Position numbers and translations under genes: made by a program. This document shows positions 1 through 7,520 of a DNA stretch of 32,379 nt, one piece after another. The stretch spans positions 1 to 32,379 of IMG/VR virus record IMGVR_UViG_3300032278_000065. One strand, written 5' to 3'. This stretch comes from a virus. Lineage: Duplodnaviria > Caudoviricetes. Under the pieces are notes generated by a model. It saw nothing but the letters and a program-made list of their open reading frames with translations. It searched no databases and was not told the origin of the DNA. Each line of letters starts with the position of its first letter. Positions within the stretch are counted from its first letter, which is position 1.

Positions 1-341
1 TCTAACATTGCAGACTTTTGTGCTTCTTGGGCAATTTGTTTCTCAAGTAATAAGTAGTGAGTTATTCTTTCATCTTGATTTTTAAGATACTTCTGAACAT
101 GTTGTGTAGTTCGGAATACAGCAAGCCTAACAAAGTCAGCCCTAGTCTTAATTGGTAAACCTTTTCCTTTCGCATCCATTATTAATTCATCAACCATACG
201 TCCTAGTTGAGGATCAACTCTTCCTTGAAGGATATCGGAATCACCTTTATCATTCGCAGGTCTTAAATTAAATTCCCATTCTTCCACTTCATCTGTGGGA
301 AGATCTTCTACATTTGCATTCCAGTTAATATCTTTTACCAT
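1..341 (-). CDS. Ribbon-helix-helix-like DNA-binding protein (3'-truncated by window edge)
   Basis: Not in the ORF track. ATG at 341 follows the stop of 343..720. Translation MVKDINWNAN...ILQGRVDPQLGRMVDELIMDAKGKGLPIKTRADFVRLAVFR... has the strand-helix-helix pattern of CopG/Arc/MetJ proteins. Open to base 1. Confidence 0.6.
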   Translation of the reverse strand, partial: MVKDINWNANVEDLPTDEVEEWEFNLRPANDKGDSDILQGRVDPQLGRMVDELIMDAKGKGLPIKTRADFVRLAVFRTTQHVQKYLKNQDERITHYLLLEKQIAQEAQKSAML

Positions 342-342
342 C

Positions 343-720
343 TTAAATACCTCTTTCCAATCTTCTTTTAATCTCTGCTTCATCTCTAATATCATTAGCT
401 TTTACATACCATCGACCACCGTAATTAACTCCAACATATCTTCCTGCTCTTATTGCTCTTAAAAGACTTTGTGGAGATTCATTTAATCTATCCCCTGCTT
501 CAGCTAGATTGTAAAAGTCAGTTAAAATACTTTTAACTTCATTATCAATTTCTAATATCCTAGAGTCTAAAGATTTTCTTTCATCCTTTAACTTGTATAT
601 TTCTTCACTTAAATCTTGTATTAAAACCACACCGTGATCAATTTGCATATTTTTATTTTTCCCTAGATAATGTTTTCTTGTATGTTGTATACAAGATGGC
701 AGGTTAAGTATGTCTGCCAC
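343..720 (-). CDS. Coiled-coil plus excisionase-like (HTH_17/MerR-type winged) DNA-binding protein
   Basis: C-terminus FYNLAEAGDRLNESPQSLLRAIRAGRYVGVNYGGRWYVKANDI fits the Xis/HTH_17 pattern. Heptad-like segment LSEEIYKLKDERKSLDSRILEIDNEV. Start uncertain (GTG at 720). Confidence 0.75.
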   Translation of the reverse strand: MADILNLPSCIQHTRKHYLGKNKNMQIDHGVVLIQDLSEEIYKLKDERKSLDSRILEIDNEVKSILTDFYNLAEAGDRLNESPQSLLRAIRAGRYVGVNYGGRWYVKANDIRDEAEIKRRLERGI

Positions 721-745
721 CTATGATATATATTTAATATATAGG

Positions 746-1186
746 TTAAATAGCTACTACGGAAAGATCGAGGTTAAACCAGTGTTTAATATTTAATTGA
801 TCTCTTATGATGGCTACAGTGATGTTATCTATTTTTGTAATACCTGTAATGCTATAGTCTGTAAACTCTTCAAACTTTTTATTACAATCTGTACAACGTC
901 CTTGAACTGCAAGTTCTATAACTTCTTGTCCTGAGATTTCCATACGCAATGCACGAGTAGTGGGAATTAATCCATTATCTTTACGAATCTTAGAAACATA
1001 TTTAATAAGGTTTAGTTCATTTACCCATCTACTAAGAGTTGATTCAGCAATCCCTAGAATATTACTTGCTCCCCTTTGTTCCCCATGTGCTTCTTTAATC
1101 GCGTTAATAATTAAATCATCAATTGGTTTTCCAAATTTATATTCCATCATAGACATGGTAGAAGTTTTTCTAGTTAATTTAGGCAA
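746..1186 (-). CDS. Fis-like helix-turn-helix protein with a C-terminal CxxC
   Basis: IINAIKEAHGEQRGASNILGIAESTLSRWVNELNL resembles the Fis/NtrC HTH; CTDC occurs later. Overlaps the ruvB stop. Confidence 0.65.
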   Translation of the reverse strand: MPKLTRKTSTMSMMEYKFGKPIDDLIINAIKEAHGEQRGASNILGIAESTLSRWVNELNLIKYVSKIRKDNGLIPTTRALRMEISGQEVIELAVQGRCTDCNKKFEEFTDYSITGITKIDNITVAIIRDQLNIKHWFNLDLSVVAI

Positions 1187-2087
1187 CGTATTCTATTCCT
1201 TTTCTTGTTAAGACCCTACCTCTAGTAGTTCTTTCTAATAGTTTCATTTCTACTAACAATGGTTCTGAAAATTGTTCAATTGTTTTCTCATCTATATTAG
1301 TTGCTAGACTTAAATTCTTTAAACCTGTAGGTCTAAAATCAAATTGGAATGCAAGAGTATTGAGTACCAATAAATCAGTTACAGTTAAACCGTTTTGATC
1401 TATCTGAAGATTGGTTAAAGTTTGATTCACAATATCAAGAGTTATTTGTTTTTGTTTAAGAACTGTAGCTGTGTCATGACATCTTTCTAAAATTCTGTTA
1501 GATGTTCTAGGATTACGTCTACTAACTTTTGCAATCTTTGATATAGCATCAGGGGAAAGGTTTAACTTATTCCTTTTAGTGTTTAACTCAATCATGATTT
1601 CAATTTCTTCTATTGAATATTTTTCTAATTGAATAGGAAAACCAAATCTACTTATAAAAGGTTCTGATAATTGTCCTAAGTTTGTTGTTGCTCCTACAAA
1701 TGTAAATTTAGGAATAGGAAATCTATATCCTGAACTGGACTCTAATTTAAAGTCAGTCATTACGGTTAACATCATATCTTGCATTTTTCTTGGAAGAGCA
1801 TGAATCTCATCTATAAATATAAATGAATTCTTTTTAATATCTCGCAAAGCTAGAAACATATCTTCAGTGCCATCCATTGAAGGAGCAAGATATGTATACA
1901 TATCTGTGTTAAATTCTCTTGCAATAATATTTGCTAGTGTAGTTTTTCCTAGACCTGATCCACCATACAACAACATGTGAGGGAAAGATTCTTTACGAAT
2001 TTTACTTGCTTCTAAAGAAATTTTAATTGAGTTTTTTATTTTATCCTGTCCGATAAAATCATCTAAATTTTTAGGTTCTAGATTCAT
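1179..2087 (-). CDS. ruvB: RuvB-like AAA+ ATPase (Holliday-junction branch-migration motor family)
   Basis: N-terminus EPKNLDDFIGQ, Walker A GGSGLGKT, Walker B IFIDEIH, sensor-1 FVGATT, Arg finger SRFG, sensor-2 NPRTSNRIL, and a winged-helix end EPLLVEMKLLERTTRGR, all RuvB hallmarks. Confidence 0.9.
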   Translation of the reverse strand: MNLEPKNLDDFIGQDKIKNSIKISLEASKIRKESFPHMLLYGGSGLGKTTLANIIAREFNTDMYTYLAPSMDGTEDMFLALRDIKKNSFIFIDEIHALPRKMQDMMLTVMTDFKLESSSGYRFPIPKFTFVGATTNLGQLSEPFISRFGFPIQLEKYSIEEIEIMIELNTKRNKLNLSPDAISKIAKVSRRNPRTSNRILERCHDTATVLKQKQITLDIVNQTLTNLQIDQNGLTVTDLLVLNTLAFQFDFRPTGLKNLSLATNIDEKTIEQFSEPLLVEMKLLERTTRGRVLTRKGIEYVA

Positions 2088-2106
2088 ATTTTCCTATCTC
2101 TTTTTA

Positions 2107-2169
2107 GGTGGACTATAATTATCTCATAGGGGCTTTCGGAATGGAAGTACCTTGAGACTAGATTTCACC
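2107..2169. ncRNA. Predicted long interrupted hairpin, pairing best on the + strand
   Basis: GGTGGA-CTA..TCTCA-AGG-GCTTTC/ggaat/GGAAGT-CCT-TGAGA-TAG-TTTCACC. G-U pairs favour the + strand (antisense to the ruvB leader). Confidence 0.35.
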
Positions 2170-2173
2170 GCAG

Positions 2174-2191
2174 TTTAATTCATGAATTAAA
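2174..2191. promoter_or_regulatory. Perfect 18-bp palindrome (operator-like)
   Basis: TTTAATTCA|TGAATTAAA upstream of the ruvB-HTH-HTH-RHH block. Confidence 0.55.
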
Positions 2192-2354
2192 GTTCACTAA
2201 TAGGGAACGAGATTAAGAACAATTGGAGAACTAATCCCAAGAAAGAAACGAGCCACGCTCCTCTCTTCTTTTACACAATTTACATGTAGAGTCTTTTTTG
2301 AAGTCTACTTATCTCTTTTTAGTTTAGACTTAACGCTACCCTATTAATGAACTC
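2190..2354 (-). ncRNA. Putative multi-stem structured RNA or leader (about 165 nt)
   Basis: On the - strand the ends GAGUUCAUUAAUAGGG / CCCUAUUAGUGAACUU form a 16-bp closing stem with 2 G-U pairs. It encloses hairpins AAGUCUA/UAGACUU, AAGAAGAGA-GAGC/GCUC-UUUCUUUCUU and UUGG-GA/UC-CCAA. Confidence 0.5.
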
Positions 2355-2360
2355 AATCAG

Positions 2361-2702
2361 CTACTCGTCTTTTTTCTTACTATCGTTTTTCTTACGATTA
2401 AGTACGAGTCGCTTTTTAAGAACGATCTTTCTTGCATCATCCACAGGAGTGATATCAAAACCACTACCATTTCTTTTTGCAATAAAACCTTCAACAAACT
2501 GATCGTCTGCTAGACCTTCAATATTGTCGACATGAAATTTGATAGAGGATGTATATCCATCAAGAATTCCTTGATGTTTTTCTTCAGCATCCCTAACCAT
2601 ATCTCCTACCAACATAGAATGAAGTCGAGTTCCTGCTAGAGCAACTCTTCCATCACCCCAAGTGATATCTTGATCTTTATAGGTTTCCTTAATACTTGCC
2701 AT
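2361..2702 (-). CDS. Hypothetical protein with basic C-terminal tail
   Basis: 113-aa ORF with a (GA)5 tract upstream of the ATG; C-terminus KKRLVLNRKKNDSKKK. Confidence 0.75.
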   Translation of the reverse strand: MASIKETYKDQDITWGDGRVALAGTRLHSMLVGDMVRDAEEKHQGILDGYTSSIKFHVDNIEGLADDQFVEGFIAKRNGSGFDITPVDDARKIVLKKRLVLNRKKNDSKKKDE

Positions 2703-2786
2703 TTTCTCTCTCTCTTAAAGATTATTATTTCGTAAATCATAGACCGTTCTCAGGTGGCTAACCCTTAAACTATTTACGTTAAAAAC

Positions 2787-3086
2787 TTAAAATATAAAAG
2801 TTGTTTCACCAACATTTTTATCGTCATCTAAATTAGCATATTGTTTAAAACTAATATCTAAATAAATACGCTCTGAACCAAATGCTACTTCTGTTCTTAT
2901 TTCTTTATCATTGTGAATCATTGAAGAAAGTATCGGAAATAATAAATCTTCTTTCTGTGCCATTCTTTCTTGTCCAAGAACTTTGATCTGTTTATTAATA
3001 CTTCTCCAGTCAAGAGTTCTATTTCTATTTGCTTTAATTGAAGATTGGTTAAATCTTTTTAATTGATCATATGTAAAATATTTCAA
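2787..3086 (-). CDS. Hypothetical phage protein
   Basis: 99-aa ORF with TTG start overlapping the upstream stop and an AGGAG RBS. Confidence 0.7.
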   Translation of the reverse strand: MKYFTYDQLKRFNQSSIKANRNRTLDWRSINKQIKVLGQERMAQKEDLLFPILSSMIHNDKEIRTEVAFGSERIYLDISFKQYANLDDDKNVGETTFIF

Positions 3087-3436
3087 TTAATTTCTCCTCT
3101 TCTTTCTTTAGCTTTTTTAAACATTTCTTCTATAGCTTTTCCATCTGTGTTTCTAATAAACATAGAATTGCTACCATCCCAATACTCTCCATATCGTTTA
3201 ACATGAACACCACTTTTAACTGCATAAAGTAAACAGTCACTACACATTGGTAACTTAGGATTATTCACAGATTCTTCTTGATCTAAAAACCTAGAAGCAA
3301 CTTCATAACAATCTAGAGGTAATGCTTTTGGAGAACTTTGTCCAAACTCTTCTCTACCTTCTTGTGTTTGACAAACCATACAATCAGCTAGAATTGGATT
3401 ACCAATATTCATTTCTAAATCTTTATTCTCACCCAT
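3083..3436 (-). CDS. Hypothetical protein with CxxC...CxxC (possible Zn binding)
   Basis: CMVC and CSDC motifs; AAGGA RBS. Confidence 0.7.
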   Translation of the reverse strand: MGENKDLEMNIGNPILADCMVCQTQEGREEFGQSSPKALPLDCYEVASRFLDQEESVNNPKLPMCSDCLLYAVKSGVHVKRYGEYWDGSNSMFIRNTDGKAIEEMFKKAKERRGEIN

Positions 3437-3440
3437 AATC

Positions 3441-3668
3441 CTATCCTTTAAAAGAATTCATGTAATATCTTTTATCTACATAAAATTGGTAATCATCTTC
3501 ATCCCATGCTTTAAACTGAAGATTTCTTAACCACTCGTAAATCTCTTGAGGTGAAGCACTACTATAAATAAAATTAAATACTTCACTCATTTCTTTTTGA
3601 TTGCTAACTTGAATTTCTTCAGCAATCTTTTCAGCACCTACACTTAATGTATTCTTAAATCTTTCCAT
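3441..3668 (-). CDS. Hypothetical protein
   Basis: 75 aa, packed in the operon, (GA)5 tract directly before the ATG. Confidence 0.7.
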   Translation of the reverse strand: MERFKNTLSVGAEKIAEEIQVSNQKEMSEVFNFIYSSASPQEIYEWLRNLQFKAWDEDDYQFYVDKRYYMNSFKG

Positions 3669-3679
3669 TCTCTCTCTCT

Positions 3680-3862
3680 TTAGCTATATGTCATAGCTTT
3701 ATTAAAACTCTCTATTACTTTTTCATAACAAGTTCTATGTATAAAAATATGTATATAAGTTCCTGTTTCCCATTCGACATAATCACCTGTTGATTTAATG
3801 TCAATTCCAATTACCCCATACTGAAGACCGTTTAAATCTTCACCACATATTTCACATGACAT
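3680..3862 (-). CDS. Small putative Zn-finger protein
   Basis: CEIC...HRTC; AAGGAG RBS. Confidence 0.7.
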   Translation of the reverse strand: MSCEICGEDLNGLQYGVIGIDIKSTGDYVEWETGTYIHIFIHRTCYEKVIESFNKAMTYS

Positions 3863-3913
3863 TTAATTTTTCTCCTTCTCTCTTTTAATCTTTCCCCTTA
3901 ATCTTTATACTCC

Positions 3914-3988
3914 TTAACCTTTTAATAAAAAAACAATAGTTATTAATATAGACATATAAAATACTTTGTTATATTTTTTCATTGCCAT
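3914..3988 (-). CDS. Possible 24-aa hydrophobic peptide
   Basis: MAMKKYNKVFYMSILITIVFLLKG fills the intergenic gap in the same orientation; the RBS is weak. Confidence 0.3.
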   Translation of the reverse strand: MAMKKYNKVFYMSILITIVFLLKG

Positions 3989-3997
3989 TAATCACTC

Positions 3998-4198
3998 TCA
4001 GCTATTTAATTTATTAAACAATTGTTCTCTCATATATTCTTCATCTCGATTTGCTTTAACTTTACGCCACGCATCACTTGCCTTAATATCAAATCTATAA
4101 GGTTGAGTCATTGGAGATGTTTTAGGATTATCAAAAAACTCTCTAGCTTTTTCCCAATCCTCAAACGAATGAGTTTCAATTGATAGTTTATAAATCAT
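3998..4198 (-). CDS. Hypothetical protein
   Basis: 66 aa; ATGA overlap with the upstream ORF. Confidence 0.7.
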   Translation of the reverse strand: MIYKLSIETHSFEDWEKAREFFDNPKTSPMTQPYRFDIKASDAWRKVKANRDEEYMREQLFNKLNS

Positions 4199-4479
4199 TT
4201 TTGATCTAAACCTTCTTCTTTCAAAGCCTCTATTAATGTACCTAAGAAGAAATGAATACTCTTTAATCCATCAAAATCTTTTTCAGCAATCTTAATTATC
4301 TTTCTATAGGCTTGTTTCCCTAGAATACTATTTGCCCTAGAACCTAACATCATAGATTTTTGATAATTACTTATTTCAATTTTAATAGATTTTAATTCTC
4401 TAACTACTTCATTATTATTCACAGTCATTTTCTGCATCCTTCCAACTTTCTTTTGTAAGAGTTTCTTGAGTTGCATCAC
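4195..4479 (-). CDS. Hypothetical protein (true start probably downstream, near 4437 or 4428)
   Basis: In operon; GGAAGGA lies shortly before the internal ATG at 4428. Confidence 0.65.
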   Translation of the reverse strand: MMQLKKLLQKKVGRMQKMTVNNNEVVRELKSIKIEISNYQKSMMLGSRANSILGKQAYRKIIKIAEKDFDGLKSIHFFLGTLIEALKEEGLDQK

Positions 4480-4666
4480 AATTTTTATTAGCGCACTTAA
4501 AAATAGCTTTTCTAGTCTCAGGAAATTTATCTATCGCTTCCCCTAATGGTGGCATTATTCTGCTTAAAGTAGTTTCCTGATGTACCCATTTATGCTCATA
4601 AGGTTTACAGTTCATATTATCTTTCCTCATCTTTACTATTTCACTTGTAAGATATTTGTTAAGCAT
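4415..4666 (-). CDS. Small Cys/His-containing protein
   Basis: C..HKW and CANKNC motifs; TAATG coupling. Confidence 0.65.
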   Translation of the reverse strand: MLNKYLTSEIVKMRKDNMNCKPYEHKWVHQETTLSRIMPPLGEAIDKFPETRKAIFKCANKNCDATQETLTKESWKDAENDCE

Positions 4667-4857
4667 TATTTTTCCTCATCTATTTTTACTCTAACTATTA
4701 ATCTAGTGATAGAAGTTAAATCCCTTAACTCTTTAGCTTCTATTCCAAATTCTTTTTTATGACCGCACCATCCACACATTTTTATATCTCTGTAATAAGT
4801 TAACTTTGTAGGATAATATTCATTACAGGTTAAGCATTTGAATTTATGAATTCTCAT
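4666..4857 (-). CDS. Small Zn-ribbon protein
   Basis: CLTC...CGWC. Confidence 0.7.
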   Translation of the reverse strand: MRIHKFKCLTCNEYYPTKLTYYRDIKMCGWCGHKKEFGIEAKELRDLTSITRLIVRVKIDEEK

Positions 4858-4860
4858 TAG

Positions 4861-5703
4861 TTACCAACAATTTAATGCTATAGCTTCACCTGCTATATCA
4901 ATTTCATTTGGCAAAGGTTTAACTGTAACTCTGACTTCACGTTTACAAGTTATACATATAGCGTCTGAATATTTCACATTCATTTTTTCTTTAGGTCTAA
5001 ACTCTTCATCATTAAATAAATTATTCATGTGTGAGATTTTCCAATAATCTGTATGAATATCATCCCAATTCCCTAGAACATGATTCCTAGATTCAGTATG
5101 TTCTTCAGCCCTAAGTTTTAAATTTTTTAAACTATCTATTAAACCTAAATCTTTAAATACTTTTTCTACAGCATTATCAATATCTTCTTCTCTAATATGT
5201 TCTAAATCTCTACCATAATCTGAAACTAATTGTTCTACCCTTCCATAAACATCTAAATCTTCCCAATTATCCTCAAGTCTATGTTCTTGATAAACCATCC
5301 ATTCATGAATCCATTCTTGAATATCATCAGAAAACTTTTCACATTCTTTTTCATAAAATGTATCTTCATCTAATATGCCTGATTCAAAAATAACTTGAGA
5401 AATATTATCGTCAACCCATTCACATAATTCATCAAAGCTATCATCACAATTTTCACAAGGCGTGATTAAAATATATTCAATCCACCCTACAGCCCAATGA
5501 CTATTATTTATTACAAAATGATGATCACCTTTAATATGAGAATTTTCCCACGCGTCTAATTCTTCTTTTGTAGAATCAAAATTAACTTGATCCATTAAAT
5601 CTGAATCCCTAGATTTCATAACAACTATATAAGAATCTGAATGATCATCACCCATATAATTCTCAGCCCTAGACCATTTCTCTAGATAATTTAATTTCTT
5701 CAT
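4861..5703 (-). CDS. Acidic hypothetical phage protein
   Basis: 280 aa, D/E-rich, motif SRDSDL..NF...HWAVGWIEYI, C-terminal CITC...C; AAGGA RBS. Confidence 0.8.
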   Translation of the reverse strand: MKKLNYLEKWSRAENYMGDDHSDSYIVVMKSRDSDLMDQVNFDSTKEELDAWENSHIKGDHHFVINNSHWAVGWIEYILITPCENCDDSFDELCEWVDDNISQVIFESGILDEDTFYEKECEKFSDDIQEWIHEWMVYQEHRLEDNWEDLDVYGRVEQLVSDYGRDLEHIREEDIDNAVEKVFKDLGLIDSLKNLKLRAEEHTESRNHVLGNWDDIHTDYWKISHMNNLFNDEEFRPKEKMNVKYSDAICITCKREVRVTVKPLPNEIDIAGEAIALNCW

Positions 5704-5750
5704 ATTTATTTATCCTTTAAAATAATTGCGGTTAATCTTAACTATCCCTA

Positions 5751-5942
5751 TTAATTTCTTTTAAAAACAGCTTCTTTAAATTTTTCTTCATTAAATCTTT
5801 TGTTATCAGATTTAAGAAATTCACATAAACTATTTAATAAACCCCATGCTAAAGAATTAGCATCATAAGTATCATAAGATTTTGAATTAAATTCTTTATT
5901 AAAAACTTTTGCTAAACCTATGTAATCTTTTCTAGTCATCAT
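5751..5942 (-). CDS. Small phage early protein (MTRKDY...DNxRFNxxKF type)
   Basis: Start more likely the ATG at 5942 or 5939, overlapping the end of the upstream gene, than the TTG at 5981. The pattern is recurrent in phage early regions (recall, not searched). Confidence 0.7.
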   Translation of the reverse strand: MMTRKDYIGLAKVFNKEFNSKSYDTYDANSLAWGLLNSLCEFLKSDNKRFNEEKFKEAVFKRN

Positions 5943-6213
5943 TTCTAAATTCTTCCCACCAAGATTCTGCAATTTCAACAAAATTTACAGGCTTTAAACT
6001 ACAATCATCAGGGGTTTTTCCATCCCAAATTATCCATAAAAATTGTTCTAATCTATCTGCACAATCACCTAAATTTTTACTTTCTTCAACTATCCCTAGA
6101 ATTAAATTGTAAAGAGGTTCTACATTTCCAATCCATAAAGATGTATTCCAAGTTTCTCTATTTGTCCAACCGTTGTAAGTTTCTTTTTTCCACTCATCAA
6201 AAGTTTGAGTCAT
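5932..6213 (-). CDS. Small phage protein of the YNGWTNxETW family
   Basis: TYNGWTNRETWNTSLWIGNVEPLY motif; AAGGA RBS. Confidence 0.8.
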   Translation of the reverse strand: MTQTFDEWKKETYNGWTNRETWNTSLWIGNVEPLYNLILGIVEESKNLGDCADRLEQFLWIIWDGKTPDDCSLKPVNFVEIAESWWEEFRNDD

Positions 6214-6227
6214 AATAATTTTTCCTT

Positions 6228-6458
6228 TTAATTATTCTTAGAGATTAAAATTATTTTTTCTAACTCATCTTCTTGAGAAATTATTAATTGATTTAATGAA
6301 TCGAGATCATAACCTACATTAGTTAATTGATCTTCTATTTCATTTATTACACTTTCAGCTTGTGATTTTAATTCTTGCAATTCGCCTAGACCATCAAATA
6401 ATGGTTCATAAATTTTATTTAGTTTTTCTATTAAATTCTTTCTTTCTAAGATAGACAT
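6228..6458 (-). CDS. Acidic coiled-coil protein
   Basis: Heptad-rich LQELKSQAESVINEIEDQL; AGGGG RBS. Confidence 0.7.
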   Translation of the reverse strand: MSILERKNLIEKLNKIYEPLFDGLGELQELKSQAESVINEIEDQLTNVGYDLDSLNQLIISQEDELEKIILISKNN

Positions 6459-6471
6459 TTTTAAACCCCTA

Positions 6472-6606
6472 TTAAAATATTTCCCTTAAATAATCTCTAC
6501 ACTTTTCTAGAAACGATCTATCGTAATGATAAATTATTGTGTTTTTTAAATTCTTATGAGAATTACACATGTGATTAAAAATGTAATTACAATTTTTACA
6601 TCTCAT
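6472..6606 (-). CDS. Small CxxC protein (44 aa, not in track)
   Basis: MRCKNCNYIFNHMCNSHKNLKNTIIYHYDRSFLEKCRDYLREIF with a GAGGA RBS; fills the gap. Confidence 0.5.
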   Translation of the reverse strand: MRCKNCNYIFNHMCNSHKNLKNTIIYHYDRSFLEKCRDYLREIF

Positions 6607-6608
6607 TT

Positions 6609-6890
6609 TTATTCCTCTTCTTTACATTTACTAAATTCACAATAAGCTAATTCAACATAATCAATAAAGAAATATTTTCTGTTAACAGTTGCACCAACTA
6701 GAAACATATCTTTATCGTAAACAACATTAATTGACGCTTCTAATTCTTTGTCTGAAATATCTATATCTACAGAATCTTTTAAATGTTCTAGATAATCTTT
6801 CATCTCATTATCAGAATCTTTTAAATTAATTACTTCAGAAGCATAAGATGGTAAGTATCCAAAATCCCCTGCTAGAATATGATTATGCAC
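6609..6890 (-). CDS. Acidic hypothetical protein
   Basis: 93 aa; GTG start overlaps the upstream ORF. Confidence 0.65.
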   Translation of the reverse strand: MHNHILAGDFGYLPSYASEVINLKDSDNEMKDYLEHLKDSVDIDISDKELEASINVVYDKDMFLVGATVNRKYFFIDYVELAYCEFSKCKEEE

Positions 6891-7197
6891 AATTATTTTC
6901 CTCTAGAGATTTTTTATTCTCTAACTTTGAAATGACTGCTTTTTCAAAATCTTGTAAAACTTTTTCTACTTCATCATCTAAAATATTTCTTAACTCTATT
7001 GCCTGATCAAAACTAAGGAATAATCCTAATTCTTCTTTTTCCTCAAGCCAAGTATTTTCCCCTTTAATTTCTACATAGATATCATTTTTACTCATCTCAG
7101 AATTAGAATTAATCCAATTAAAACTTTTAAATGAATATTCATCTACATGTTTTAAATGAACACTAACTTTTTCTATTTTTTGTTCAACCCTTAACAT
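6883..7197 (-). CDS. Hypothetical protein
   Basis: 104 aa; AAGGGA RBS. Confidence 0.75.
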   Translation of the reverse strand: MLRVEQKIEKVSVHLKHVDEYSFKSFNWINSNSEMSKNDIYVEIKGENTWLEEKEELGLFLSFDQAIELRNILDDEVEKVLQDFEKAVISKLENKKSLEENNCA

Positions 7198-7224
7198 TGG
7201 ATTCCCTTAAATATATATATAATT

Positions 7225-7259
7225 TTTATTAATTTATTTATTAATTTATTTATTAATTT
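7225..7259. repeat. Three tandem copies of TTTATTAATTT(A), 12-bp period
   Basis: Copies start at 7225, 7237 and 7249. Confidence 0.7.
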
Positions 7260-7265
7260 TTTTAA

Positions 7266-7292
7266 GAGCAGTTTTAAATCTTGCTCAGGATT
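7266..7292 (-). ncRNA. Compact H-type pseudoknot-like element
   Basis: The - strand reads AAUC-CUGAGCAA-GAUU-UAAAAC-UGCUC: stem AAUC/GAUU, with loop GAGCA pairing to the downstream UGCUC. Confidence 0.4.
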
Positions 7293-7310
7293 CCTTATAG
7301 GAAGGCTTAA

Positions 7311-7520
7311 TTAATATCCTAAATACATTTGAAAACTAGGATTTAATGTGTAATATTTTTTATCACCAAACATTTCTACAAACTCAATAAAATCTATTTT
7401 TCCTAAACCATGATCCTTAAATATTTTCATAACATATTGTTTAGTAACTCGACCATTTCCATAACAATCTTCAAATAATTCTGAATAACTTACATATTTA
7501 CCTTCAGGAGTTTTTCTCAT
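7311..7520 (-). CDS. Hypothetical protein
   Basis: 69 aa; AGGAAGG RBS, TAATG coupling. Confidence 0.7.
   Translation of the reverse strand: MRKTPEGKYVSYSELFEDCYGNGRVTKQYVMKIFKDHGLGKIDFIEFVEMFGDKKYYTLNPSFQMYLGY

Noticed and set aside
2190-2354. Retron msr-msd, tRNA or 6S RNA
   Set aside because: No RT in the window, no cloverleaf or TTC loop, and the fold is multibranched rather than a rod with a central bubble. Kept only as an unclassified RNA candidate.
6552-6606. Nested palindromes (ATGAGA/TCTCAT, TGTAATTACA, CACATGTG) as an ncRNA
   Set aside because: Short and AT-rich, and lying within a plausible 44-aa ORF; may be chance or local RBS structure.
7225-7259. CRISPR-like array
   Set aside because: 12-bp AT-only tandem units with no spacers and no cas genes.
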